A DNA stretch of 60,287 bases. Origin: Girardia tigrina. Lineage: Eukaryota. Under the pieces are notes generated by a model. That model was not told the origin of the DNA. It saw only the letters and a program-made list of their open reading frames with translations, and made no database searches. The translations under genes and the position numbers were made by a program. Location of the stretch: the NCBI GenBank assembly GCA_001938485.1, contig MQRK01197295.1, positions 8,506 through 68,792 on the forward strand. Direction: 5' to 3'. Positions 23,821-36,050 of this stretch are shown here, one piece after another. Position 1 is the first letter of the stretch; every line of letters starts with the position of its first letter.

Positions 23821-26264
23821 AATTAATGAATATTTTCATTAAATTGGTATTCTTGGCGAAGAAAATGTTAAAAAAATAAAACTCAGATATTAACTTCTTA
23901 CCGCATAGTGAATCATACATGATTCAAAATAATTTTTCATAATTTTATTACCCTAATTGCATAGCGTGACATATATGGACTGAAATGTGTTTTTGGATTT
24001 TATACATGAAAAAATCATTTATTTTAAAATAAAAAATACGTATCTCTTTATTTTTATTCCTATATATTATATTTTTTATTAAAATAAAAAAATCATGTAG
24101 TAAGGGCTAAATGGAATCATTCTTATTTTTTTTGTAGCAAATTATTTTATCCTTCAAATATTAAACTCAAAATAAATACAGCTTTTGTTTTAAGAAAAGA
24201 TTTGCACTAATTTATCTAAATGATGTATTTACTGACTTAGGTTCCAATTTTATTATATTATTTTTTTATAAAGCCGAAATTCGATGAAGATTCATCTTGA
24301 AAATGAACAAAGTAAAGTTTCAATTTGATAAAAAAATGTAAAATGAGAAAGTTAAAGATAGTTGAAGAACAGTAGAAGGAATCAGTATGTTATCTTCAGA
24401 TTCGAACAGGGAATTCAATCCTAACAAAGATAAATACGTTTTGAGGTTGTTCATAAATAAACCTTTATTGTTTATAAAATCCATCCATGGATTATATTAT
24501 CAAATTTACTATCAAAATATTATTTTTATTTAAAGGAAAATAAATCATTTTTGAAATTTTAATTAAAAATTAATGGATGAAAATGACATCGATTTGGATG
24601 AAAGATTTCTAAGAAACACATTAAAATGGAAAAGTAATTACAATCCTTAAATTTTTATATTGTTTATTTCGAAGAGATTACGAAAGGAAAATCATTTCAA
24701 ATGAGTCTTTCCTTGAGTGAATATTTTGTTGAGGTAACATAATCCGATGTATGGTCTGGAGGCCGAGGGGCACATCGGCGCGCTCTAGGGTCAATAATGA
24801 ATAATGATTAAAAATATCTTCCCTATATTTAGGAATTTTTTATAGAAACACTTTTGGGGTTCATTAAGGTTAGCATTACTATGCTGAGGTTATGCCAAAG
24901 ATTTTGATTTATCGACCTCCATTTAGAATTATTTTCAGTTAAATTAAAAGAGAATGTGTTAAAAAAATTATAAAATGTTTATTCTTTAAAATGTAAAAAT
25001 ATATTTTTTTCGAGTTTAAACATTTAATTAAACTATTAAATATTTAAGTTTGGACATGATTAAAAGAAGTAAGTTTTTTTACTGTCGGTAAAAAAATACT
25101 AAATTTATTAAAAATGACGAGGAATATATTGATATAAAGCTATTAAGTTCATTAATATTTAATCTAAATAACTTTTTATAAATATGACATCTCACCAAAT
25201 ATGTAATTCCGATGACAATATGTAGGAATCAATTAATAAATTCACTATCTGAATGATTAATTAGTCATTTTTTGCAAAAACACAAATTTATGATTGTCCT
25301 TTATTTATAAATTAAATAGAAAACCAAATAAATTATAATTTGTATTTTTTATTTTTTTTCGAAAACTTTATGAATAATTGATATCCTTTCGTAATAAATC
25401 AATTTTTAGATTGCTTATTACTTGTTGCTTGTTTGGTTATATTTTTGTCCTAAGGAATTTTCAAAACAGTATTGATTTTCTTGACTCAGGGTATCGAGTC
25501 TTTTCTATAGTTTTCTTGTGTTTTGGTAATTTAACGTGTGGAAAAGGCGTTTCAACGACCAGGCTATTCTGATTGGCTCCTGATTATTCGGTCAAAATAT
25601 TTTGATTTGGACCGAATAATTTGAGATTTTACCGTGATCCTCAGTTGCATTGCATTAAACACATTAAAATTCTCTTAAATTCTCGCATGTTATATTGTCA
25701 TCACAACTGGCTCGATTGGACAACTAGTTCTAGTTGTTTACCAAGAATATAAACTTCAAATCACTTCAATTGTTGAAAATTGAAAATTTTTAATCTATTT
25801 TGAGGAACTTTCAAAGCATGGCTTTAAAAAAGAATTGCTTTTTGGTCTACTAGTTTCGTATTGCTATTATTTTTGTTGAAGGTTTTTATTTTCCAAAACT
25901 TTAGCAAATCTCTTAAAATGAAGTCTTGGATTCCAAATTTGCCATTGACTGAAAAGTTGTTTCATAACATATCAGCCTACCTCTAACAGATCACATTCTT
26001 GCTGATGTAATATCCAGTTTCTAACTTAAAAATTACTTAAGTCAACAAAATAGACATTTTTTTCAAATGTTTTATTTAAATTCGTCCATCTTTTCACTTA
26101 TTTTTTCAGTGACAAAATATTCATTCATATTGACATTTATAACTGACACATCTAAATGACAGGCATTTTTATTAATATTATGTCCTTTGTCGATTAAATA
26201 ATGTTTTCTAATTTATACAATATTAGGAAGTAGAATTGTAAGATATGATGCAAAATATATCGAC

Positions 26265-26634
26265 TCACATTTTGCTCCACAGCAATGCATAAAGACAACG
26301 ACTAAACTATAAAAAATTGAGGTGGAACTTTTGCATCATCCTCAATACTCACCAGACAAAGTCCCTACTGATTACCATTTCTTCCTCAATTTGAACAAAT
26401 TCTTAATAGGTAAAAGTTAAATTTCGAAGCTCCAGTTAAAATAACCTTCCAGTAATTTATATATTCTTGCACACCAAAATTTTATTCAAATTTCCTCAAC
26501 AAACTGCAGCTCAAATGGGAATAGTGTGTCGATAATATGAGTGCATACTTTGATGAGTGACATAAATATTTGTATTGGTTAATCATCAATAAACTTTGAC
26601 TTTAGTTCTACAAATTTCATACTTGACGACATAA
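26265..26634 (+). mobile_element. Mariner 3' fragment with right TIR, same family as the 12407 element
   Basis: ELLHHPQYSPDKVPTDYHFFLNLNKFL. Ends CAAATTTCATACTTGACGACATAA plus TA, the near reverse complement of the TIR at 12407. Confidence 0.85.
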
Positions 26635-27216
26635 TAGAAAGTTCATGCGTATCAAAAATATATTTCCAATCCAAGTTTTTAAGTCTCTATTCATGTAGGG
26701 TTATTTGTAGAGTTAATCTTATCCTTAATTGATTTTCAAATTTTTAATAAAATTCAAATAAAATGATTATTTTTTTTAAAATACTGTTCTATCTATTTTC
26801 TGTTTTAATCCATTCATTTTTTGCTAAAATAATATTTTATAAATAATACTAAATAATATTTCAAAAAATCAAATAATATTCTAATATTTCAAAATAATAT
26901 TTTATACAGAATATTTTCAAATTCAAGGTTAAAATATTTAATTATCATTTAATTTTTTAAATTATCAGTTTGATTTTAATTCAAAACAATTTTTTAAAAC
27001 TATTTAAATTTTCATTAGCAAACTAATTTAATTACCACCTCATAGATATAATGAAATAGCGACAGAAAATTGCCTCAGAAACACTGAAATTACACATTAT
27101 AATTGAGCAATTAAATTCAAAATTCAGCGAAAAATAAAAATTTAAAAAGATTCCTGTGCTGACATTGTGGGGCGATAGATTGTTGGGTCGTTGTATGCCT
27201 TTCGAAATGGAGTTTA

Positions 27217-28191
27217 TTACCATTGCAGAGATGCAGAATTTTGCAAATATTTGCAACCAATTTGCTTTGATTTAATTATTATAAGTGAAAAGTTCAATGA
27301 GGCGGTTGCTCCAGACACCGACGTGAGGCGTCGAGCGGCGACCGCGGCAAGATGAGGCGATGACCCCGTTGTTGAGTCGACGTTGGCGTAAGCACACCTC
27401 GAGCGCGGAACTTCCGTCTGTTCCCACATTGATGCGAGTAGATAGTCCAGCTCTCTATGGCCGTCGGAGAACGGACAACTATCCTCTCGCTCGACAACAC
27501 GTTCCTGAATGTAAAAGGAAAAAAACGAAGAGGCGAATCGTTCAACCAACCGAGTTGGGATGGCAGATTTTCGAACAGAGGGGCAGCCATCACGCCCAAA
27601 CGGCCCATCGTATCTGGTTTTCCGTTCTTCTAGATATTCGATTTGGTCTTCTCTCATGCATAAAATGACTTTCGTTCCTCGGCAGATCGACTCGCTGTTG
27701 TCGGATTTGACGGTGGACGAACCGCCCGCGGACGATTCCCACAAATGCCGCTCGCCGTCGTTGCCCTTGGAAATCACTGGAACTTTGTCGGCGACCAGAT
27801 ACGATGGATAGAAACCGACACCGAATTGACCGATTTTCGAGATGTCGGCACCGGCTAGCGGTGCCTCCATAAATGCTGTGATTCCAGATCTAGCGATCGT
27901 TCCAAGATTGTAGATGAGCTCGGCTTTCGTCATGCCGATTCCTGTATCGATGAGAGCGAGAGTGTCAGCATCTTTGTCCGGGATGATTTTGATCATTGGT
28001 TCTTTGGTGGTGACGGGCACGGATGGATCCGTCAAGCTTTTGTAACGGATTTTGTCAAGCGCATTGCTGGAATTGGAGATCAATTCCCGAAGGAAAATCT
28101 CTTTGTTAGAGTAGAACGTGTTGATAATTAGACTCATCAACTGGGCGATTTCGGACAGAAAGGCGACTGTCTCGGTTTCACAGTCGGACAT
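27217..28191 (-). pseudogene. hsp90: Truncated Hsp90 copy: N-terminal ATPase domain (~191 aa, 27619-28191) fused in frame to ~133 aa of unrelated sequence
   Basis: [75 protein letters not shown]. Intronless, substituted at normally invariant sites, lacks the middle and C-terminal domains. Confidence 0.85.
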
Positions 28192-29468
28192 GATTAGAGT
28201 TTAACTGTTTTTTTTGATTTTGTGGTTCGAGTTTTGTAAATTATTGAGCTTATTTAAACAAGTGTATTTTTTGATATAATTTGCTAATTTTTTTTCGCTC
28301 GAATTTTTTATTTTTACATTTCGATCACTACGTTCACAATTCTATTTTTTAATCGTTTTTTTTTGTTATTTAAAAAAATTATTTTGATTTGATTTTTTTT
28401 AATTCACTACAATAAGTAACGGCGGTACTTTACTTTTATCTGGTATTATCAACTGAAATATAATGAGTGTTTGCTAAATCCAGAAAGATTTGAATTTTAT
28501 GACTCAACAATGACTTGTTATAGCAAATAAAAATGTAAAATCCTTAACAATTGTCTACATGATATAAACTATAGTCAAATTTCTGCCTTCAAGTTGACCA
28601 TTTATCGGAATTCATCATTGATTTCTTTAAGTATATAGGGTCTATAACATTATAAGGTCTGCGATGCTTAACAAGACAAAGAGAGCTTTAGTCTAAAGCA
28701 TGATAAGTATACCAACAGTACCGTCGTCATAAGGGACGGTAAGTTTGTTTTCATGGTTTAGGTAATCGTTGACGAGAACCACTCCAAGATGACTAATCAA
28801 CTAACTAAAAACTTTGAGACTGAAAAGTAAATAGGTTAACCTTGATTAGACTGTATATATTCCAGTAAGAACTTGCACCGACGCACAAGATAAAAAAATC
28901 AAGGCCGGATCACTAATTTTCAGGCTTTTGGCATCCATCGTTGCCAGACTGTTACCCTTTAATTACTACGTATAATGTAAGTGTTAGGAATTAATAAATT
29001 ATAGAAATAAGGTTAAAATAAATATGTACAAATTAATATTTAGATATATTTAAATATTTAAAGTTTGTGAAAAAAATTTTAAATATTAATAAGATTTAAT
29101 TAAACAGTTAATAATTAAGAAATTTTTGATATAGTTTAAAATATAATATACAAATTAAAATGTAGGTTTTTTAAATGTGTAATGATTTCAAAAATTAATA
29201 AAACTAAACGAAATGATTAAATATTTACAATGTCTTCGTAATTTACAATTGATAAAATTTAGTAAAGATAAAATTTTTAAAATTAAAATAAAATAAAATA
29301 TTAATATTATAAGTATTTTGATTTATACCGGTTTAAGATTTATAAAACTAATTGTTTCTTAAAAAAATAAGTTTTTTTAAATATTAGTTTTAAAAATCTT
29401 TTTATGTATTATAATAAAATTTGAATTTCGGAAATAATTTGTAACCATAATTCCGAGGACGTTCCAAG

Positions 29469-29595
29469 CAGGGCTGCGGACTCGGAGTCAAGGAGTCGTA
29501 GCCTAAGTCGGTGTCGTGAAACTCGACTCCGACCAAATTAATAACAAATATTATAAATTGACCTAAAAAGGAGTCGGAGTCGGCCATTTTCAAAT
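29469..29595 (+). mobile_element. hAT-like terminal fragment with GGAGTC subterminal repeats
   Basis: CAGGGCTGCGGACTCGGAGTC...GACTCC...GGAGTCGGAGTCGG. Confidence 0.65.
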
Positions 29596-32024
29596 TTTAT
29601 GCTAAACTGGGCTAAAATTATATTAGTGATTTTTATGTATATCTGAGAGAGGCTTTGCTTTCAGTATCCATTTCCAGCATAGGAAAATAATTTTATTAAA
29701 GTTTTTTTTTAAATTTATTATTTAATTAAAAATATTTTACTTCAAACCTTATTAAAGTTTTTATTTTAAATTATTTATTTCAAATTGAAACCTTACTTTT
29801 TTACGTATTTGTATTTAGAACATTTAAAACAAGTCTTACATTTTAAAATTTGTAACCAAATTATTTTATTTCAAATTGTATTACAAATATTTCATTTCAA
29901 ACTTATTAACTTTATTTTTATTTACAAAAGTCTTTTTATCAAATTTAATTACCATTTTTAATTTAAATTAATTTTTAATAAATTTCATTTGTTTATTAAA
30001 AAAATTTATATTGACATATTTTATTTTAATTGTAAAATTAATATGTTTTAATTTATGAAATCTTTTAAAATGTTTTTGAAATTCATTTTTTTAGATTTAA
30101 TTAAAAAATTTATTAATTAAAAAAGTACTTTAGTTTAAATTTCCTTTACTTTCCTAATAAATAATTATCAATTCTAATTATGTAACAAGATAAAAACACA
30201 TAGATATACATAATAAATGTTTAAATTATCAATAAATAATTTATTTATGCCATTTTTAACCTTTTATTATTAACTAAGTCAATTTATCTATTAATTTTAA
30301 TGAAATAAATTACAAAATTTATTTTATTCAGTTTGATTGTATAGAATGCGATTGATGTAATCATAATTATACTAAACATAAAAAATTTACATATTTTTAT
30401 TAAATCGAAATCCCCCACCCCTAATCGTAGTCTGACCGCCCTGCTGTGGGACTCTGATTGGTTATGTATTAGCGATTACATAATCGATTGCATGAAATCA
30501 TACTAATCGAAAATTCTCAAAAAACGCTGTTTGAGACTGCCGTTTGGACATGGGCACGTAAGTTCACGAATGACTTTTTATCAATAATTTTCAAAATATC
30601 AAAAAGAAGTCCAAAATTGAATTTTCAAATCCATTTGGAAGATGGTGAAAAATGTTGAAATTTAATTATTCCCACTGCTGTTCAGAACTCGAAAATATTT
30701 TTTACTTGTAAATTCCAGTGTGGAAATTCTGAAATTGATGTGAAATAAGAATATATAAAATCATTTCTATTAAAAGAGAGGAATGAGGTTTTTTTCTGTT
30801 TTTTGAAGTCCAGAAAATATTTTTAAAGAGCTAATTTTCTATAATATAATTTCTTAAAAGAAGGAGGCATAAATAAAGATGACAATTTCGGCTGTAATTT
30901 ATTTATTTCCCGGAATGAAGACATTAATGAAGACTGAAATAAATTTTGTCATTTGCAATCACACTGGAATTTATTTTCATTCATTATTCTTTTTTTTCTT
31001 TTTGTAAAATTTCATTTATTTTACTATTTCTGTATTACGTTATTAAATAAATTCTAATTTATATTAAATTTTTTATTTACATTTGAAGAGAATTTTCAGA
31101 TGTTGAGTTTCTGGCGTCCACGTCGTATCAAGAAAATTTTGCAGTGTAACTCCAGGAAATATAGTTTGAGGATATCACTTAATTTAGTATTTCCTGGGGT
31201 TGTATGAATAGAGGAGGGAGGATGTATTTTACTGGTTTTCTGGAAACAGGAAGAAAATGGAGACTTATAATTGTTTCTTAATATGTTATTACAATACTGG
31301 GATTTCCAAAAAATGGGTCTTTTAAGACAGACGTAGAAGTTGTTGTTGTTTGTAGAGCTAAAATCAAGGAAAACACATATTGTTACGGACTCATTCGACT
31401 AGATTTATACCATAAATTCTTTTTCTGTTCTTTCCGTTAACTCTTAAATTCGATAATTTCTGAATTGAGATCGTTGACAAATATTCCACGAAAGTGTTGC
31501 AAAAAATTTGTAATTATAAGTATATCAAAAATAATAAAAATGTCTTTTCTGATAGCACTACGCTCACTGTCAAAAACAATTTGTAAGTTTGTGAAGTCAA
31601 CAATAAAGGAATAGTAGGACTGGAAATCACAGGTGTATATTCGGTTCCTGATGAAAGTATGGCGGACTCAAGTATCGTTTTACTCAGTTATTCTTACTTC
31701 TTTACTTTTTTTCTAATACTTCCTGTGTTTTTATTGGAATAATTTTAGACTTTCACTTAGTTTCTTTTTCAATAAATGTGGAAGGAAAATTATTTTTTCA
31801 TTTATAATCTTCTTAGGATAATCTAAACATTATCACCACTTGTAAATGCTTCCGTTATTGCTGCCTTTCTTTATTTTTTATAACATGATCATCCACTTCC
31901 TGAATATTATTTAGAGTTCTTGTTGGTATTTAACACAGTATGATATGATGAAAATGTTTACAATCCATTCTTCAGCAAATAACGTTTCAGAAATGTGTAT
32001 GCTTCATATTTATATTCAATTTTT

Positions 32025-32160
32025 TATTCAATTTTTATGCAGACAGAACTCTACTAGACCCATAAAATTTTATTAAAAAAATATTTTCAAAAAAGCACAA
32101 TAAAAAATTTAAAAATTCTGTTGACCATGCAGAGTTCCGCCCACATAAAGCATGGATATA
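32025..32160. mobile_element. Degenerate MITE-like inverted repeat
   Basis: TTTATGCAGACAGAACTCTAC vs GCAGAGTTCCGCCCACATAAA, imperfect inverted arms. Confidence 0.35.
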
Positions 32161-33370
32161 AAAATATTTTTTTTGATTTACTAGTTAGACTTTAAATTGA
32201 TTTACTTTATTTATTTTTTAGTTTATTTTTTGCATATCATTAACTACTTATAATTTATAAGTAGATCTTTTTCTGCTAATATTGTTCAGGAACGCTGAAC
32301 GCAGTTTTGTTCCAATTTTGAGACCTTAAAAAAAATTTTTTTGATCAAATTTTTCACAACCTTATTTTATCATCGAAGATGAATGGGCAATCGAATAAAG
32401 TGGGCAAAGTTTAAAGATAATTGATTGAGTAAAAAAAGGTTTCTAAATTCTAGATATAGAGAGCAAGCTATTTAAAAAAATGGAAAAATGAAATACTTGA
32501 ACAAATTTTTTTACAAAAATTTGTTTTTGTATTAAAATATGGTTTTTATGTGGTGCTCCTGATAATTGTTTTAAAAATGGTGATAGATATATTTTAGATG
32601 AAAGTGAAACAAAAATTACTGTAAAAAATATCAAGGGGCTCTTTAAGCTAAGGCAGACTTTAGATATTCACAGGAGCGTCAGAGGGCGCCGCGGTCGATT
32701 TGAATCACCCAAACACAGGGCTGGTCCTTTAGAAGCAGAATGACTGTAGGATCCAAACGGCTCTCCAACGCCGATTCGACGTTCGATCGGAATTTCTGGT
32801 CGATAGAACTCTCCACTGTTAAAAAGCCCGGAGCGGAGATGACTGACCTGGCTCCGATAATAAATTAAAAACTGTCAAAAACAAATTATGTTAATTTTCA
32901 GTAATTATTATTATCAATAATTATTAGATTTGAATTTGATTCTTGATTATAGCGATTGAGAGACTTTTACGAGTGACTTCATTAATTAATTATAACCGTT
33001 TTTAATTATAACCGATATTAGATGTAGAAGCCACTTTTCTCGAAAAGTAATCAGAATTCTCCTTTAATATAAACTTTTATTTTATCTCCAATAGAAAAAC
33101 TAATAACAAATATTAATTTATTTAATTTTTTCACTCCCCACAGTATTTAAACAACTTCCACAGTTTAAATAAATTCTTAAAAAAACACTTTTTTCTGTAA
33201 ATTTTTATCTTACCTGCAAAAAATATTCTTAATATTTAATTTATATTTTATATTGTGTATTTTCGTTCCAAAAAAATTCTTTTCACTTATTTTATCACTT
33301 TAATAAATAATTTCAAATGACCTTCAATTTTCTAATAAACAATAGAAAAAAATATTTCAAATAATCTGTG

Positions 33371-33450
33371 TGAGGAATATTTTTGAATGGTGTTTATTGT
33401 GCGTTGTTTGGTATGTTGTTTTAGGATTGTGTTTCTCCCACCCAGATGGA
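33371..33450 (+). promoter_or_regulatory. Conserved upstream motif, copy A
   Basis: TGAGGAATATTT...TG-rich spacer...TCTCCCACCCAGATGGA; the 17-mer is identical to 39872-39888. Confidence 0.65.
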
Positions 33451-33659
33451 AGATTGATTTTTTTAAATATTTTAAAAATAAATATTTTTAAAATATTTTT
33501 AAAATAATATTTTAATAATATTTTCTTAAAATAAATAAAAATTATTTCAAATTTAAAGTATAAATTATTTTTGTAATAATTAAATTGTAATTTAAATTTG
33601 TTTGAATAGTATGACGTTAAAGAATATTATTAAAGATCAATGCGCATCAATCAAGAACG

Positions 33660-34142
33660 ATGACGAACTACGCAAGTTTTACAGAGAATTTTTCTAGTGG
33701 CAATTCAAATTGTGATATAAATAAATGTAAAGAAAACCAAATCTCTGTTCTTAATAATCTGTATATTCAAACGTTTTACAACCCGGATCTTTGTTTACTA
33801 ACAGCCGATACTTTACAAAATCATCTAAAAACAATACATAGGTAAAATATCGATAAAAATATATGATTTTAGATACAGAAGAAATATACAATTGCTAATT
33901 TTAATATTTTTACTTTTAAATAGTATGTTTTATTTTGTAGAATTATTCCATCGGAAAGCGTTATTCTCTGTGAATATTTCAAAAACTCAAACAATCTTAT
34001 TTCCAAGTCTTCTTGTCAATGTAATTCCTTGGATAGTGTTCTATCAAAGTCAGTCACCAATACCATATCACAGTCTTTCTCAGGATCAGACATGAGCAAA
34101 AATCGAGTTACCTTGGATCAAACGTCAAATGTGAGCAAATAA
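33660..34142 (+). CDS. Orphan small Cys/Asn/Ser-rich protein, family member A; 2 exons (33660-33841, 33941-34142), 127 aa
   Basis: ATG, phase-2 AG|GTAAAA donor and TTTTGTAG acceptor; the spliced frame stays open (MTNYASFTENF...KTIHR IIPSESVILCEYF...QTSNVSK*). Paralogous N-termini elsewhere in the window. Confidence 0.6.
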
Positions 34143-34708
34143 TGATTGATTTTGTCTGTTTGTCTGTCTGTTTTTTGCGAATTTAATTATTATAAATGAC
34201 ATTGACACATAATTACCTCTAACATTACTTAATAACAAAATAATAAAATTGAGACATGAAACATATAATTAAATTATCACAATACCGCATTACTTTTTCA
34301 ATTTTTAATTTGAATTTAAAATAATTGTAAATATTATCTTATCTTATATAATGATTATATTTTGACGAAATCATACGATAAAAAGTGGATCTCAAAAAGT
34401 AGAACATATATTTATTGTATCGTTTAATCAAAATATAATCCTTAAATAGCCATGCATTTGTCTTGCTAGGTATAATACATTATTTTGTCTGTTCTCTTCC
34501 TTTATAATATGTTTGTCAAACGAGTCCTCCTGCTTCCTCAATTAATGCGAGTATTTTCTAACCTTCCCTTTATCTTCTTCATTTATTATATAACATTATA
34601 CACAAAATTTACAACGTTGAGAAACCTCAGTCGAACCATTTCAGAAAATATACATGGATTTTTGCGGACCGTTTAGAAGGACAAGGAATGGATTTCCATA
34701 AAAGCCTG

Positions 34709-35162
34709 TATTTTTACTTTCAGTAAATAAAATAAAACTCTCATGATTTTTTAATTGATTCATTAGTATTTTAATTTGAATTCTCAGTATTTAAAAAAAC
34801 CATTTTAATATAGTAAATAAATGCGGCCCGCTATTTCATCATATATACTACAACGTGAGGAATGTTAAAGTAGGATTGGTATATTGATTGGAACTCTGAT
34901 CTCTATGAAAATTAGAGAAATAATATGTCAAGGAAAGAATAATGCAAATAGAGTGATGTTTAACCATTTCGTTACTGGTAACCTATGTCCACGTTTTGCA
35001 TATATGGGTCGATTAACCGAGGAACATATATCTTCGATTAATATTTTTACGGAGTTTAAAAAATTTTACTGTTTTTGTTAAATACTGAGAATTCAATTTA
35101 AAATACTGAGAAATCAATTTTAAAAATACTGAGAGTTTTATTTTTTTTACTGAGCAAAAATA
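34709..35162. mobile_element. Foldback-type MITE with ~100-bp inverted arms containing CTCAGTA subrepeats
   Basis: Left ...TCAGTAAATAAAATAAAACTCTCA...TGAATTCTCAGTATTTAA is inverted at ...TTAAATACTGAGAATTCA...TGAGAGTTTTATTTTTTTTACTGA. Confidence 0.75.
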
Positions 35163-35525
35163 ATTGTCGCCATCCATAAATACTGACAATAATAGATCAA
35201 TTCAGCAGATACATCAGTTTGACTCCATTAACGATTGTAATATTAATAATATTTATTTATATTAATTTAAACTTTTAATAGACAGTCTCTTATTCTATTA
35301 TTTTGAAATGATTCATTATTTTTACAAAAAAATGATTGAAACAAATAAAAGAAAATAAAAATAAAAAATTGTATTTTTATATTTTTTTAAAGGATAAATG
35401 GTTTTGTTCATTGTGCGACTTTGACATTTTTCATTTGAATAATATTGTTAATTATAATCTGTTGAAATTATATAGTTTCATGCCATATTGATTATATTAT
35501 TAATTATATCTTATTACAAACTTAC

Positions 35526-35689
35526 CTTTAAAAAAGTAAGATATCCTATAATTCGAACAGAAGAACCAAAAGTTTGAGGACTTCTGCCTTGTATTATTGA
35601 TGTTAAAAAAACACACATTTGTAAGAACGTTTTTTGCAATCCCAATTTGGATCATTTTTATGACAATCCGTAATAGTGCTTTTGCTCAT
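35526..35689 (-). pseudogene. Orphan family member D, first exon (frameshift in a T7 run)
   Basis: MSKSTITDCHKNDPNWDCKKRSYKCVFF*; with one T fewer it continues NINNTRQK...FFK to a G|GTAAG donor. 278 bp downstream of the motif. Confidence 0.45.
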
Positions 35690-35966
35690 ATTCATCAAGC
35701 AATGTTTAATACTTCACATCCCAAAATCTGAAGTAATTTGAGCATATATATTATGTTTAAAATATTTACTACAAATGTTATTGATTAAAATAAAATTACT
35801 ATTAATCATTTAAAATTATTAATTTTATTTAATACATAAAATTAAATAAAAAATAAAATTAATAAAATCAATTTCAATTTAAAATCATAATAAATTCAAA
35901 ATTTGAATATTAAATCTTAATTTGAATAAATTAGTTTCAGATAATAAGAATTAAAATATTAAACAG

Positions 35967-36050
35967 CCACAAGAGTAGGAGATGCACAATCCCAAATCAA
36001 CACACAACATTCAAATATTCAAACAACACACAATTCCAAATATTCCTCTC
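35967..36050 (-). promoter_or_regulatory. Conserved upstream motif, copy D
   Basis: GAGGAATATTTGGAATTG...TGAATGTTGTGTGTTGATTTGGGATTGTGCATCTCCTAC, closely matching copy C. Confidence 0.6.

Noticed and set aside
24730-24795. HDV-like ribozyme reading of the GC-rich hairpin
   Set aside because: No P1.1, P2 or J4/2 elements could be assigned.
31097-31700. Possible minus-strand multi-exon small gene
   Set aside because: Only short open stretches; no consistent splice chain or homology.
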